Source: Dimargaris cristalligena (Eukaryota). From it: a stretch of DNA of 45,322 nt. The stretch spans positions 1-45,322 of the forward strand of contig ML002304.1 in assembly GCA_003614675.1 (NCBI GenBank), in the 5' to 3' direction. Below the pieces are notes generated by a model. It saw nothing but the letters and a program-made list of their open reading frames with translations. It searched no databases and was not told the DNA's origin. Shown here one piece after another: positions 1 to 10,569 of this stretch (its first letter is position 1; the number at the start of each line of letters is the position of its first letter). A program made the translations under genes and the position numbers.

Positions 1-286
1 TTCTTGGAACCACACCATACAACTTCTTAGTATGAATTCCTTTTTTCTCAGTTTTATCAATATCCAACATGAAGGAGGTCTGGGAAGGCTGTGTCTTCCA
101 ACCTTCCAAGTTCTATATTTTGTTTTTATTTTAACCATTCATGACTATAGTTTAGCCAGTAGGTCAGTTTTTCCCCTATCTTTAGGTTTTTTATGTCCTA
201 CAATTATTGTAGCTTTAATCTTAGCTATAGTCATTTAGTTTGGTCAATTTCTTATATATACCTTAGTAGCGTCCCCTCAGTTAAAG

Positions 287-383
287 GGACAAGTTAGTTT
301 TGAGAAATGAATACATATCTGTTTTAACTTCACTGGACAAGTTAGTTTTGAGATAAATGAATAAATATCTGTTTTAACTTCAC
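287..383. repeat. Tandem duplication, about 48-bp unit x2, inside a decayed repeat
   Basis: ggacaagttagttttgaga(t)aaatgaata(c/a)atatctgttttaacttcac at 287 and 335. A related single copy lies in reverse complement at about 17870-17975. Confidence 0.85.
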
Positions 384-2280
384 CAGACAATACCAACAAT
401 TAACCTTTTACCCAGTTTTATTATTATCAGTTATTTTATTGCCATTACTTCTAATTGTTTTACTCTTGTTTACTTAGTTTGAATTTGTGGTATCTCTAAG
501 TACCAAACCAATTATACCATTTAACTATAGTATTTTCTTATAATGTTTTTATTTTGTTATTTCCCTTAATAACTGATGACACGAGACCATGATGTACAAC
601 ACAATGGACAACCAGGAATTCAGTGGCGACTTCCCCAAGGCCACCTCGGTCTCAACCCCCTCAAACCCAGCAAAGTCTAACACTCCATATTACATAATGA
701 AATATGGCAAGCCATCTAGTGGAAAGAAACCAGAGGTTCCCCCTCCTGCTGACTCACCCAAAGGCATGCCAGCGGAGTCCCTTAAATTGCTGGTAACACA
801 CCGGATGGGAGTAGGTAGATAACAAGGCAATAACAATTCTTATAATAAAATTGTTTTATACAGAATAAATAATCCTAGAGGTGATAAAAACTAGAAAAGG
901 GAGATAGTTGGGGGCAAAACAGGGAATGGAGGGTGCGGATTTTTCGATGCAAGCCAGTTGGACAATCGCTTGTCATGGCCGCCTCCTTTGAGCAAGCAGC
1001 TGATAGAAGATAAGATACACTTGGCCGCCCTCCTACTATAACCGAGATGGGTCAGGTTGGACCGGGGGGTTGTATACCATAGGTGGAGTCCAAGGGGGGA
1101 GAAGAGAGTGTGCTAACCAACTAATTAGTAAAGTATAAATTATGATTTTATTGTAATATAATGAACCCAGCCTTCCAGTTGGTCTATTTGGTTTTATATG
1201 TTCTAGGTCGGTCACTTCAACATGGTCAAGTTGGCGGCTATCGTTCACGCTGCATTAGGCATATGATCCTGAGATAGGGAGTTGCGTGATACGCTCAGGT
1301 CCCAGGGTGTTCCTTGGTCTGGCTGTTGCACTAGCACACAAAACACACTCTCTCATTTTGCGTCTTACTACAACAACCTACTCACCTCCACACGTAATTT
1401 CCAATTGTTGATGCTGCGTCACTGAGGTCTCCCAATACCGAACCAGATAACCAGACGACTGAACGGGCCAATACGGCCCCCCATTACACCCTGTTCCTGG
1501 CACATCTTGATAATATATCGGGGGTACAAATGCAGATAGCCACGGCGTAATGACACTGCATTCATCGTAGATAAGCCCTGTTAGAATACACAAGCGCATA
1601 AATTCTAGGACTCAACCCTTCCACAGAACACCTCAGGATCAGAAAACCTGTGTGCCCAAGCAATCAATACGACTGAAGCTAACCGGCAATTAAAAGAAGA
1701 ATCAGTATATAAGATCGAGTTGGGTAGATCAGAGGTAGTGCCGTGAAAACCTATATTTCGACTCACCACCATATGTAACTTTCTACCACCCCGCTGCCTA
1801 TTGTTAAATTGGGATTACCTAGTCTCGTCAACCTATCCGACTACACAAGTTACTGTGTGCTGCCATGTCCCTTTCTCTCCGCCAATTAGTCCAGCCATCG
1901 CTGGCCACTGTCCGCTTATTTGCCCCTGTTCCCAAGTAGAACTCTAGTGCCCCTCCCCCACTCAGTAATATCGGACCAACCCCCCGATTCAGTTCAATTG
2001 GTCTCTTCTACTCTCATAAATCGACCCACTATTTTTCTGGACCATTTTCGCAGCTTGCCCAAGTCACCCCTCTTAGCTCCCCGAACCAGTCCCCTCTTCG
2101 TGATTCCCCCTGACGCTTGTTGACGCTAACCCGATAGCCGACTAAGTACTACAACCACAGTCCACCCGAGAAGACACTGCGTTTACTATTTCTGCCCAAT
2201 ACCGACCTTCCTCTTTTCTCCCCAGACCTCCCCAGTGACCTACCCTGAGTTTTTCTGCCACGTTCTGGGAGCGTGCAGCG

Positions 2281-2507
2281 ACTGTTCACTGCTGGTTTTC
2301 CTGGTTCATCCACTCAAGCAGGTACTGCCACAGCGTCGCTGAACAGCGGACAACCCTCGAATAACAACGTCCGTAAACCGTAAGTAACACTCAATGTAGC
2401 TCTAGCCTGTCGGCCAACAGCGGCAGCTCCACCAGGATGCCATCAATAAACACGGCGGTAAATGGATCATTCGCCTTAAGAAGGGCATCGCCATGTGGGC
2501 GGCTTGA
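2281..2507 (+). pseudogene. Fragments of an eIF4E class II (4EHP/eIF4E2-like) gene
   Basis: 2436-2492 translates to DAINKHGGKWIIRLKKGIA, matching the recalled eIF4E2 motif WEDxxNxxGGKWIIRLrKGlA. 2287-2313 gives HCWFSWFIH, resembling the N-terminal HxWxFWFxH. Stop at 2505 and no complete gene. Confidence 0.75.
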
Positions 2508-2699
2508 ACCTCACTAACCATCTATTCTATTAATCATCTACTTGTAATACCCCGGCTGAAAGGAGATCATCTGTTAGGATCCAAGGAAATAGGATACATG
2601 GTATACACTCTAGCGATCGTTAAAGGGTGAAATACCAAGAATATTGACGCTCAAGACATTATCGATAGAGTCCGGGATCATGTTGCAGAAGAAATATAT

Positions 2700-2835
2700 G
2701 GGAGAAGTTCATTCAGGCTGTATAACGAAAAATACATTGGATGAGGCCAATATTACTGGTTAAAAGCTTTTCTCACATATATTCGACCATACACGTATTA
2801 TGTAAAACCTTAAACAGCTGGTTTGAATTTCATCC
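2700..2835 (+). mobile_element. 136-bp MITE copy 1
   Basis: Imperfect terminal inverted repeats of about 26 bp (gggagaagttcattcaggctgtataa ... ttaaacagctggtttgaatttcatcc), with ATAT on both sides. Confidence 0.85.
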
Positions 2836-2990
2836 ATATTCTTTTAGGCCTTAGTATACGTGAAGAGGGATACATTCAAGGACGGACCTTCCTACTGGTG
2901 AGAGTAAGTAGTCGATCAGATAATCTGAGAATTAGGATTCTTCCTGCCAATCCACGTCACTACGTTTTATCGAGGCCCACAGACTATTTA

Positions 2991-3392
2991 ATGTGTTATA
3001 ACACCGTTTTCCGTTACGGTTGTGGGTATCAGGATGCGATGTTATATAAGTGCACAAGAGCAAAGATTAGTGGACATGTATATAGAACGCCTGTAATCAA
3101 TTATTTAGAATTTGTGGCTACCGAATGTGGTCCGTGTGCGTTGCTGAGTCCGGATTTATCGTCATCGGATGTATCTACGGATAACGATAAAGAAGAACTG
3201 GAGATTAATTTCGCGGAAGAGCCGGCTAATCGCGCGGAAGAAGGACTTATTACCCCTCCGATGTCAGACGACGAAGAACTGGTGAATAATATCGCGGAAG
3301 AGCCGGCGAATCGTGCGGAAGAAAATCTTTCCACCCGTCCGACGTCAGACGATGGAGAAGAAGTGCCTCCGGTACCGGACGAAAAGCACTGA
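2991..3392 (+). CDS. Small Cys-rich protein (MC-x7-Y-x-CG[H/Y]...C...CxxC) with an acidic repeated tail; possibly a pseudogene
   Basis: ATG at 2991 in ORF 2823-3392: MCYNTVFRYGCGYQDAMLYKC...ECGPC, then two 27-aa acidic repeats. Possible 5'UTR intron gtaagt 2904 ... cacag 2982. Confidence 0.55.
   Translation: MCYNTVFRYGCGYQDAMLYKCTRAKISGHVYRTPVINYLEFVATECGPCALLSPDLSSSDVSTDNDKEELEINFAEEPANRAEEGLITPPMSDDEELVNNIAEEPANRAEENLSTRPTSDDGEEVPPVPDEKH
3192..3353 (+). repeat. In-frame 81-bp tandem repeat x2
   Basis: EELEINFAEEPANRAEEGLITPPMSDD and EELVNNIAEEPANRAEENLSTRPTSDD; units start at 3192 and 3273. Confidence 0.95.
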
Positions 3393-4082
3393 AGGGGTCG
3401 AATCGATCCAACCGGTTTCCGGCGTAGCAATGCTCTAGTTGGGTTTCTATCCACATCTTTCCCTGACATTGGTATGAGCGCAATGTGGACTAAGGCATAA
3501 CCCACTAGCCCCTGGGGTTTTTTATAACGGCTCGAGGTGCTGCAACTACCCGTCCCACCCCCTTTTTTCCATCGTCCTTTATTTATATAACTATTAATAA
3601 ATTTCTGTCTTAAAATCATTGATATTCAGCGGATCTACTGTTCCCCCAGAAGGGAACGTTTCTTTATTTATATAATTGTATAGGATATTGTATTGACGAT
3701 TCTATTCGTCCTAAAGGAATAAAAGTTTTTTTATGTAATAATAACTCACGTGAATAGTATAGCAGCCTTATAATTGGCCTGCAGTGACCGGGAAAGATTT
3801 ACAGTGATCTACGGTGATCTACGTCGCTCTTATTGGCGGGTAGTAGATGTCCCATATTGGACAATTTCTTTATCGTGTTACGTGTATAACGATAAGAGAC
3901 AATTTATAGGTAATAATAATTATGAGTAATTAGAAAGGAAACCTCCCGGAATCATTAGATGGGGCGGAGGTGTTGGTATATAGTAAAACGGTATCCCCAG
4001 GATGTTGCCTTTAGGGATATTGGCTTACTCATCATAATGCTGTTAAGGAATGATCCGCACTTTATAATAAATAAACATATTA

Positions 4083-4473
4083 TCCATAACATTGTTTGGA
4101 AGTCGGGGGACTGCCAGCTGCAAGTATATACAGTCCAGGAGGAACCTAGGTCAATAACTTGGTGGTATCGGCCCCAGTACAGGGAATAGTTATAAAATGG
4201 CAGATGTAGGATCTAAAAACAATATGGTTGCTGTGTTTATGAATAGAAGCCCGAATAGTAAACCTAGTAATACTTGGGGATGGTGGTCTCATTGTGCGAG
4301 TTGCATTTTATTTTAGTGATTAAGATAATGGCAAGCTGTAAAGCATGTTTACATTAGTTAGTGTACATCACTTTGTCAAATAACTGTCATTCTATTGTGG
4401 GTGCACTAATGAATAGGGTAGCGGGGTGCCCAGATACTTAATTCGAGGGCCACAGTATGTATAAAGAGAGAAA
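4083..4473. repeat. About 390-bp interspersed repeat, copy 1
   Basis: Colinear direct match to 11183-11569, sharing acagtccaggaggaacctaggtcaataac and ttcgagggccacagta. Confidence 0.9.
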
Positions 4474-4492
4474 TAGAAAAATGTCTGTCCTA

Positions 4493-7400
4493 TTATGCAG
4501 TTAGGCCCATTTGTCTTATCCGCCGTTGGTGACATGACAAATGAACTACAGTGGGCTCCGGTTTTCTACCGCCACTCTGTACGCCATTTTCGTCCAAAAA
4601 GGATAGCGTATTAGTGCTTACGCCAACCCCACTATTCGCCTGGAGTCCCTCCCCACTTCTGTCTTCTCCGCTGGATGAAGGGTCGGACCATTCGGCATCA
4701 GCGGCTGCCTCTTGCACAAACACGGTATTACCGATGCGTTTATAACAGAGTGGGCAAATTCGGTCGGGAGAAATAGCCACCCGCTGCTGCCGAATACGGG
4801 CCCATTGGGCCTGGACTTGGACTCGTTCGGCCACCATGAGGTTGCGCACAATGCGTTGGGTCTGGCGGTCGTGACTGAATGTACGCAGGGACTGCTCGAA
4901 AAAGGGATACAGCTTGTGAACAGGCAAGGCCGCGGGGATTAGGGTCAGGGCGGCTAGAGTATCCATATGGCGACCGTATTGCGACATGTGGCGAATGGCC
5001 TGGGTGAGGAACAGTCGGGCCATGGAAGGTGACGAGACCCTTGGTGATCCTTGGGTCTGTTCGTCCGCATTCGGACGTATAACTAGGTGGGGTTCGTCAG
5101 TGGCGGTGATGCTTGTGTTAGCATAATTGCTATTCGATGGCTGAAGATAGATGCGTAAGAGGATCAGGTAAATATCCGGCACTTCGCTCTGCTCATTACA
5201 ATAGGTCTCCGCTTGGGCAAAGTCGTGGAGTTGATACACTATAATTTCCAGGGCCTGCTCGTGTCGACCCATTCGGGAGAGGACTAGCGCCCGTTCTTGG
5301 TCGAGCCCCTGCACGGGTAGTCGGCCCAAAAGACGCTCGGGATTATAGTATTGGGACTTTCGGAGGAAAGCCCGCAGGCGCCATCGAATAGATAAGGTCG
5401 GGTCATCGGTGGTTGTGCTGTCCATGCCCTCGGGTTCATTCACCAACGGGGTGGCAAGGGAGGGCAGTTGTAGCACCCGGTCTAGGTAGAGGCAGGCTAA
5501 GTTGTGGTCGACGACGGGGTAAAGAGCTTGGACTGCCTGGTCCAATACGGGGATCGCTGGGCCACTCGGGGTGGCTGGAGGTGAGCGGGATAGGCGCCAT
5601 AAGGGCGGGAAATTACCTGATGTCGCACCGGTCGTCGCGGCTAGTTTGCGTTCGGGGGGCATCTGGGATCGGTGGGCATAGCTAGATGAAGTAGCATCGG
5701 CCTCCCCCGGCCCTAATGGTTGCGCCGACGAAGTTTGCGTTTGTGCATCTAGGTGGTCCTTCAGTTCCTGCTCGTAAGCCTCGAGGGCAAATGTGCGGAT
5801 GAATTCTAGATACTTGATGGCCCACTCGTCACCGAACTTCTGGAGATATTGGGCTATCCGTTCAACGGGTGATTTCAAATAGGCCATGGCGGGGCGGTTC
5901 TCATCGGCAAATATAAAGATACCCTCATCTGGGTCGCTCGTCATTATCCAGGTCGCATATTCCAGGATCAGGTCGACATGCTGGAGGGACAGCTTCTCCA
6001 GGTACTGGATGGTGGCGAAGGGTCCGGCTAGAGCACTGGGTACGTCAGTGAGGGTATCCGGATCGGTGGCAGTTTGGTGCAATAAATGCAGCGCTTTGCG
6101 ATGGAGGCCCTTCCCGAAATATAGGTCGACCAATTCCTGGTACATGTGGTGGTTTAGTAAGAGGCGCTCACTAATTTCAATTTCGCAGGCATTGTGGTGC
6201 ACCCGTACCAGAGGGCCAACTAGTCGGGGGTTGGTCATGAGGTAGGCCTTGAGCAACGTAGTATCGATCAATTGGGCCAATGGAGGGATAGGGACGGGAA
6301 TTGCAGCCAGTCGAAAGGGTATGTACTGAGTCAAGTAGTTCTCTAAAGGCGATGGCGTGGACTGGGGGGTAGGGTATATCGACCGGGTGTGAAATTCCAG
6401 TGTAGGTTGCTTGCGACTAACCGCTTGGGCGATCAACCGGCGCTGTTCCGTCAAATACCCCACTAAGAGAGATACTCGATCGCCGAGCTTCTGCTCAGCT
6501 AGTGCTGCCGACAGGCCGGATGACTGCGATTGACGAGACGCGGGTCGATTGACATTGTTGTGGGCCAATGCCGACGGGGAGTCTGTGGAATCTCTCCCAT
6601 CAGCCACAGTAGTAGTAGGTGGCGGAGTGGCGAGGGGTTCCACAATATCATCCTTACTATTCTCTTCGACACCTCCTTCATTTTCCCCGTCCCCATTTCT
6701 CACCTCCGACACCTCTCGATTGGAAGCTGGGGATGCAGGGCGATCCAGGCGCTCTCCAGCCAGAAATTCGTCAAGTCCCTGGGCGAATACCTGCACCACT
6801 TCACTAGGTATGATTTCCAAGTCCTGGAATAGGGTGAGAGAATCCTCGTAGTCGTGAGTCCAACATAAGTAGTGGGCGTAGAGAAACCGAATGCACTGGC
6901 TATATTCCGCTTTGGTGTCCACCAGGATGGAATCACTTTGGTCAATAAAGCTGAGGGCTTCGACGAATTCGTGTCGTTGAAGCAGCTGCGCGATCTGGAT
7001 TTGGTGGGGGAGCGGCATGAGTCGCCAGACGGTATGGGGGCCAGCCAGGTACAAATATTTGCCGCTTGAAATGCGCTGGGCGGCTAGAGGAAGAGCAAGC
7101 TGTTGGACCAGAGCCGACGTGTCTAGGTTGCGAATTTCTACCTGGCGGCCGCTGACGGCTACTACATATGGGTAGGCGTACCCGATAGCCTGGGGCCCTG
7201 TAGTCCACAGAAGGTCCGATTTGCGGGTAGGCCGGTCCCCTTTAACTGCGATACACAGGGTATGTTGGTCCCGGTTCACCAGAATCTCGTCATTGGGTAG
7301 TTTGGCAATAAGGGTATCCGAGCCCGGAGGGGCCGGACCCTGGGGGTCGTCCAGGGAGCCCGCGCCGGCTGAGGCAACGGCGGTAGATGCCGCCGACCCA

Positions 7401-8263
7401 CCCAGGGCCATATTGCTGAAAACGTTGAAGCCCATCGACCCCCATTTACCAATACTGGAAGTTGCGCTAGAGAAAACTGACGCATTTGATGTGGTGGTAA
7501 ACGCACCCATCTCGCCGGGAAGCAAAGGCCCAATGGTTCCGGTAGTGGTTCTTAAAAGATAGTACTCGGCACGTCCAAACCCAATACAGAGCTGATCGGG
7601 GGTGGCCCAACCCAGCACCCGTACCTGATGCGGGGTGGGGTATTCTTTCATTGTCACGTATTCGGCGTCTTTCCAGGTGAACACCAGGATCTTGCGACGT
7701 ACCGCCACGGCAATTCGACTGACTAGAGTCGGGATCCCTTCGGACGGGGACTGGCCCATTTCAATGCCAGTGTGGACGGCCAGGGCTGTCGCCCCGCGTG
7801 TGTTTTGAAGCTGAGTATTGTGACTAAGGATAGCCAGGTCGAAGAGGTGGACGTAACCGTCGGATAGAACCACGAGAAGGCCCGCTTCCTTAATCACATC
7901 GAGTTGTTCAATGGTCCGCCGTGTGAAATTCTTCTTGACCTCCACCAATTCTAAGGTTATTTCGGCGGGTATGAAGGAAGTATAATCAGTGGCGGTTGGG
8001 ACCAATCCCGTATCAAAGGAGAAGGGGTCCCAGGCAGAACTGCCACCGCCGTCGGTAGTGTTACTGGGCTTGGCCTGGTCAGTGACTTTGGCATTAGAGT
8101 CGACGGAGACTGAAGGTTCGGACGGCGGTACGTCTTTGACAGTATAGACCAGGAGTACACCGGTGTCCGTCCCAATCAAGAAGCGGTCGCCATGGGCTAG
8201 GGTGGAGGCTACCTTTAAGGGGAGCTGTTCAATGACCGGGAGAACCGCAAACGCGTCATGCAT
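4493..8263 (-). CDS. VPS39: Vacuolar sorting protein Vps39/Vam6 (HOPS subunit), single exon, 1256 aa
   Basis: MHDAF start and CNH-like N-terminus. Vps39 motifs IDTTLLKAYL and ELVDLYFGKGLHRKAL. C-terminal CPLCYKRIGNTVF...VVHLSC. Confidence 0.95.
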   Translation of the reverse strand: MHDAFAVLPVIEQLPLKVASTLAHGDRFLIGTDTGVLLVYTVKDVPPSEPSVSVDSNAKVTDQAKPSNTTDGGGSSAWDPFSFDTGLVPTATDYTSFIPAEITLELVEVKKNFTRRTIEQLDVIKEAGLLVVLSDGYVHLFDLAILSHNTQLQNTRGATALAVHTGIEMGQSPSEGIPTLVSRIAVAVRRKILVFTWKDAEYVTMKEYPTPHQVRVLGWATPDQLCIGFGRAEYYLLRTTTGTIGPLLPGEMGAFTTTSNASVFSSATSSIGKWGSMGFNVFSNMALGGSAASTAVASAGAGSLDDPQGPAPPGSDTLIAKLPNDEILVNRDQHTLCIAVKGDRPTRKSDLLWTTGPQAIGYAYPYVVAVSGRQVEIRNLDTSALVQQLALPLAAQRISSGKYLYLAGPHTVWRLMPLPHQIQIAQLLQRHEFVEALSFIDQSDSILVDTKAEYSQCIRFLYAHYLCWTHDYEDSLTLFQDLEIIPSEVVQVFAQGLDEFLAGERLDRPASPASNREVSEVRNGDGENEGGVEENSKDDIVEPLATPPPTTTVADGRDSTDSPSALAHNNVNRPASRQSQSSGLSAALAEQKLGDRVSLLVGYLTEQRRLIAQAVSRKQPTLEFHTRSIYPTPQSTPSPLENYLTQYIPFRLAAIPVPIPPLAQLIDTTLLKAYLMTNPRLVGPLVRVHHNACEIEISERLLLNHHMYQELVDLYFGKGLHRKALHLLHQTATDPDTLTDVPSALAGPFATIQYLEKLSLQHVDLILEYATWIMTSDPDEGIFIFADENRPAMAYLKSPVERIAQYLQKFGDEWAIKYLEFIRTFALEAYEQELKDHLDAQTQTSSAQPLGPGEADATSSSYAHRSQMPPERKLAATTGATSGNFPPLWRLSRSPPATPSGPAIPVLDQAVQALYPVVDHNLACLYLDRVLQLPSLATPLVNEPEGMDSTTTDDPTLSIRWRLRAFLRKSQYYNPERLLGRLPVQGLDQERALVLSRMGRHEQALEIIVYQLHDFAQAETYCNEQSEVPDIYLILLRIYLQPSNSNYANTSITATDEPHLVIRPNADEQTQGSPRVSSPSMARLFLTQAIRHMSQYGRHMDTLAALTLIPAALPVHKLYPFFEQSLRTFSHDRQTQRIVRNLMVAERVQVQAQWARIRQQRVAISPDRICPLCYKRIGNTVFVQEAAADAEWSDPSSSGEDRSGEGLQANSGVGVSTNTLSFLDENGVQSGGRKPEPTVVHLSCHQRRIRQMGLTA

Positions 8264-8817
8264 TATAGTGCGGTAGTGATAGTAGGCAGCGAGGTGAGGA
8301 CTGGGTATTAGGGAAAAGGATGGTTCTGGAGTATAGGCTAAAAAGACGAATGTTAATGAGGCTGGTGTGTATGACGGGGAATAATCAGTTCCAATGGAAG
8401 GTTAGTTGGAGTATAGGTGCGGCGCCGTCAGTAACCAACCCAAACCGCAAGTGGATAGACAGCGAAAGCGGCTAAATGCAATGGTGTGACTGTAATGCTA
8501 GAAACGACAAGCACAAATAAATCTACGGGTTGGATGAGAGTCATGTATAACAGTCTGTGGAAGGATACTGGTGTTTTCTCTGATAGACCTTCACAATGGC
8601 ATTTCAAACTCAGGCCATTGTCCTTTACTCCCTCTCAATTAACAAGTCGGATTGTACTGGGCCAGCCACGCCTTTATGTATTACTATACCGTTGTTGTTA
8701 ATAGATACATATTCCCGACAATACTACCTCTCAAAATGAATACTCCGTTATAAAGGAGTTGTCCAAAAGGCTTTAAAACTGGATAGGACACAAAGAAAAT
8801 ACGAATAAACTGAATAT

Positions 8818-8953
8818 GGGTGGAATTCAGTGCAGTTGAATAAGGTGTTGGATGATATACATACAGGTAAATGTATGAGAGATCCATTATTAACTAGTGG
8901 TGTTTGCCTCATTCAACAGATATATTGTTATACAGCCAGGTTGAACCTTTCCC
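8818..8953 (-). mobile_element. 136-bp MITE copy 2
   Basis: Exactly 136 bp, GGG...CCC termini, ATAT on both flanks, colinear with the other copies. Confidence 0.85.
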
Positions 8954-9419
8954 ATATGTAACATGATTAAATATTGAAGGAAAAAATTAGACACAGATCA
9001 CTGTGTTGGGCTATAGATACTCAGCAATATGCCAGTGATAAAAAGCAAAGATAGTATGCAGATTTATCAAGGAAATTTACAGTAGAGTATGTGGAAATAT
9101 AGGAAGGTAATAGCAATAGGGATGCAAATTGACCAAAGAAGTAGGAACATGCTAGCCAAACACCCTTCATTTAGTCAGTTTAGGTCATGTTGTGTCAGCT
9201 GGAAATGCATGACAAGTACAAGGCTTGACCTCACTGGCCATTGAAGCCTTGAGATAGCCCTAGTAGGACAACTGAGCAGTCCCTTATTCAGAATGTTTAG
9301 TTGCATTAGTGGGCTTCAGAAGTTGTAGTCATTGTCACTGGTGGACAAGGGACATCAATTGTTGGAAGCCCAGGTTTCTAAATAACCAGGTCCCTAGTTG
9401 CTATGGCCCCTCTGCATAT

Positions 9420-9555
9420 GGGTGAAGTTTGGCCCAGCTGTATAAGGTTTTAAATGATAACTGTATGGGATAATATATGGGAGATTTATTTTTAACCAGT
9501 CATATTTGCTTCATCTAACGGATTTTTCATTATACAACTCAGTTGAACCTCTCCC
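9420..9555 (-). mobile_element. 136-bp MITE copy 3
   Basis: Exactly 136 bp, GGG...CCC termini, ATAT on both flanks. Confidence 0.9.
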
Positions 9556-9559
9556 ATAT

Positions 9560-9840
9560 GATCCCTTGGCCATCTTAGCCCCATCATGAGACCATTTGGT
9601 AACATTCAGTATAGTATCACCCTTATCCAGTCTGGGATACCCTTCATGCTGGCTGGGGTGATATATAGTGCCAAAGGGTATAAAAGTGGCCACCTCCCCA
9701 CCTCCTATGGCCTTCAAATGATATCCTGATATATACCTTTTACTCACAGAATGCCATTTATTAAAAAAAATTAAAAGAAACTAAGAATGGGTAAACAGGG
9801 ACTAGCCTATTGCCAATCTGAGGTCACCAATAGTGAAGCC
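9560..9840. repeat. Interspersed repeat segment Y
   Basis: Direct match to 17185-17462, for example ggtataaaagtggccacctccccacctcctatggcctt. Confidence 0.9.
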
Positions 9841-9966
9841 TGTCACCCGGGTTATCCACTCTTAGTCCATCAAGAGTCCCGGGGGTAGGCTTCTAATGGT
9901 AGGTGGGGCTTTAGGCTTGGCTAAGTAGGCTACTAGTGTTAGGGAGGGCATAATACTAACTAAATA
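9841..9966 (+). mobile_element. LTR-like fragment starting TGTCAC, nested at the end of segment Y
   Basis: Reverse-complement match to 16168-16295. It begins with TG exactly where the 9.6 kb/17.2 kb alignment stops. Confidence 0.55.
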
Positions 9967-10429
9967 ATGCAAGTGTGGTCAACTAGGTGAGGAATGTTGT
10001 CACAGTGTGGTGGTATCAGGCCACTAAAATGAACAACAAAAATATATCAAAAGGGCAGGGTGGCTTCTCCAGGCAAACTGGTTTGTCACTCAAATGAAAA
10101 TATTAATAAAACCAACTGTGTAAAGTTTTAAACTAAAGTAATCCAATATGAAAAATACTTATTTGGGAGCTCAAAAGGTCAGTCCTTAGCAACCATAACT
10201 TGAAGAATAAAATCCAAATAACCAGAGTAGTAATAAAGATAGGTTTTATTATAAAAGGAAAGATACCCAAAAATTAATACTAAAATTTAAACCAAAGAAA
10301 TTGACACTAAAACTTGACACACAGAAAAAAAGAGGGGGAAAAGTTTCCCTTATATGCAAAAATATACACACTAATGCACAACTGATCATTTGCATGCATA
10401 GCCTGATCAAGTACATCGATGGTGCATAT

Positions 10430-10565
10430 GGATGAAATTCAAACCAGCTGTATAAGGTTTTACATAATACATGTATGGGTGAATATGTGGGAGAATAGCC
10501 CTTAACCAGTAATATTGGCCTCATCCAATGTATTTTTCATTATACAGCCTGAATGAACTTCTCCC
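10430..10565 (-). mobile_element. 136-bp MITE copy 4, closest to copy 1
   Basis: Exactly 136 bp with ATAT flanks; near-identical reverse complement of 2700-2835. Confidence 0.9.
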
Positions 10566-10569
10566 ATAT

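Noticed and set aside
589-822. 77-aa Pro/Ser-rich ORF
   Set aside because: Short, lies within decayed repeats and has no recognisable domain.
2715-2760. Hammerhead ribozyme or in-frame TGA (selenocysteine) in the MITE (CGAAA...GATGAG; GGA TGA GGC)
   Set aside because: No CUGAUGA core, and the spacing cannot form stems I and III. Substitutions do not favour the TGA frame, and the TIR/target-duplication structure explains the repeat.
3490-3525. Resemblance to the T7 terminator (gcataaccc...ggggtttttt)
   Set aside because: Only short word matches; the T7 hairpin core and any other vector sequence are absent.
4551-8175. Many overlapping or antisense ORFs within VPS39 (likewise in the helicase, RPL23, TIM17 and DusA)
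   Set aside because: Shadow ORFs of GC-rich coding sequence.
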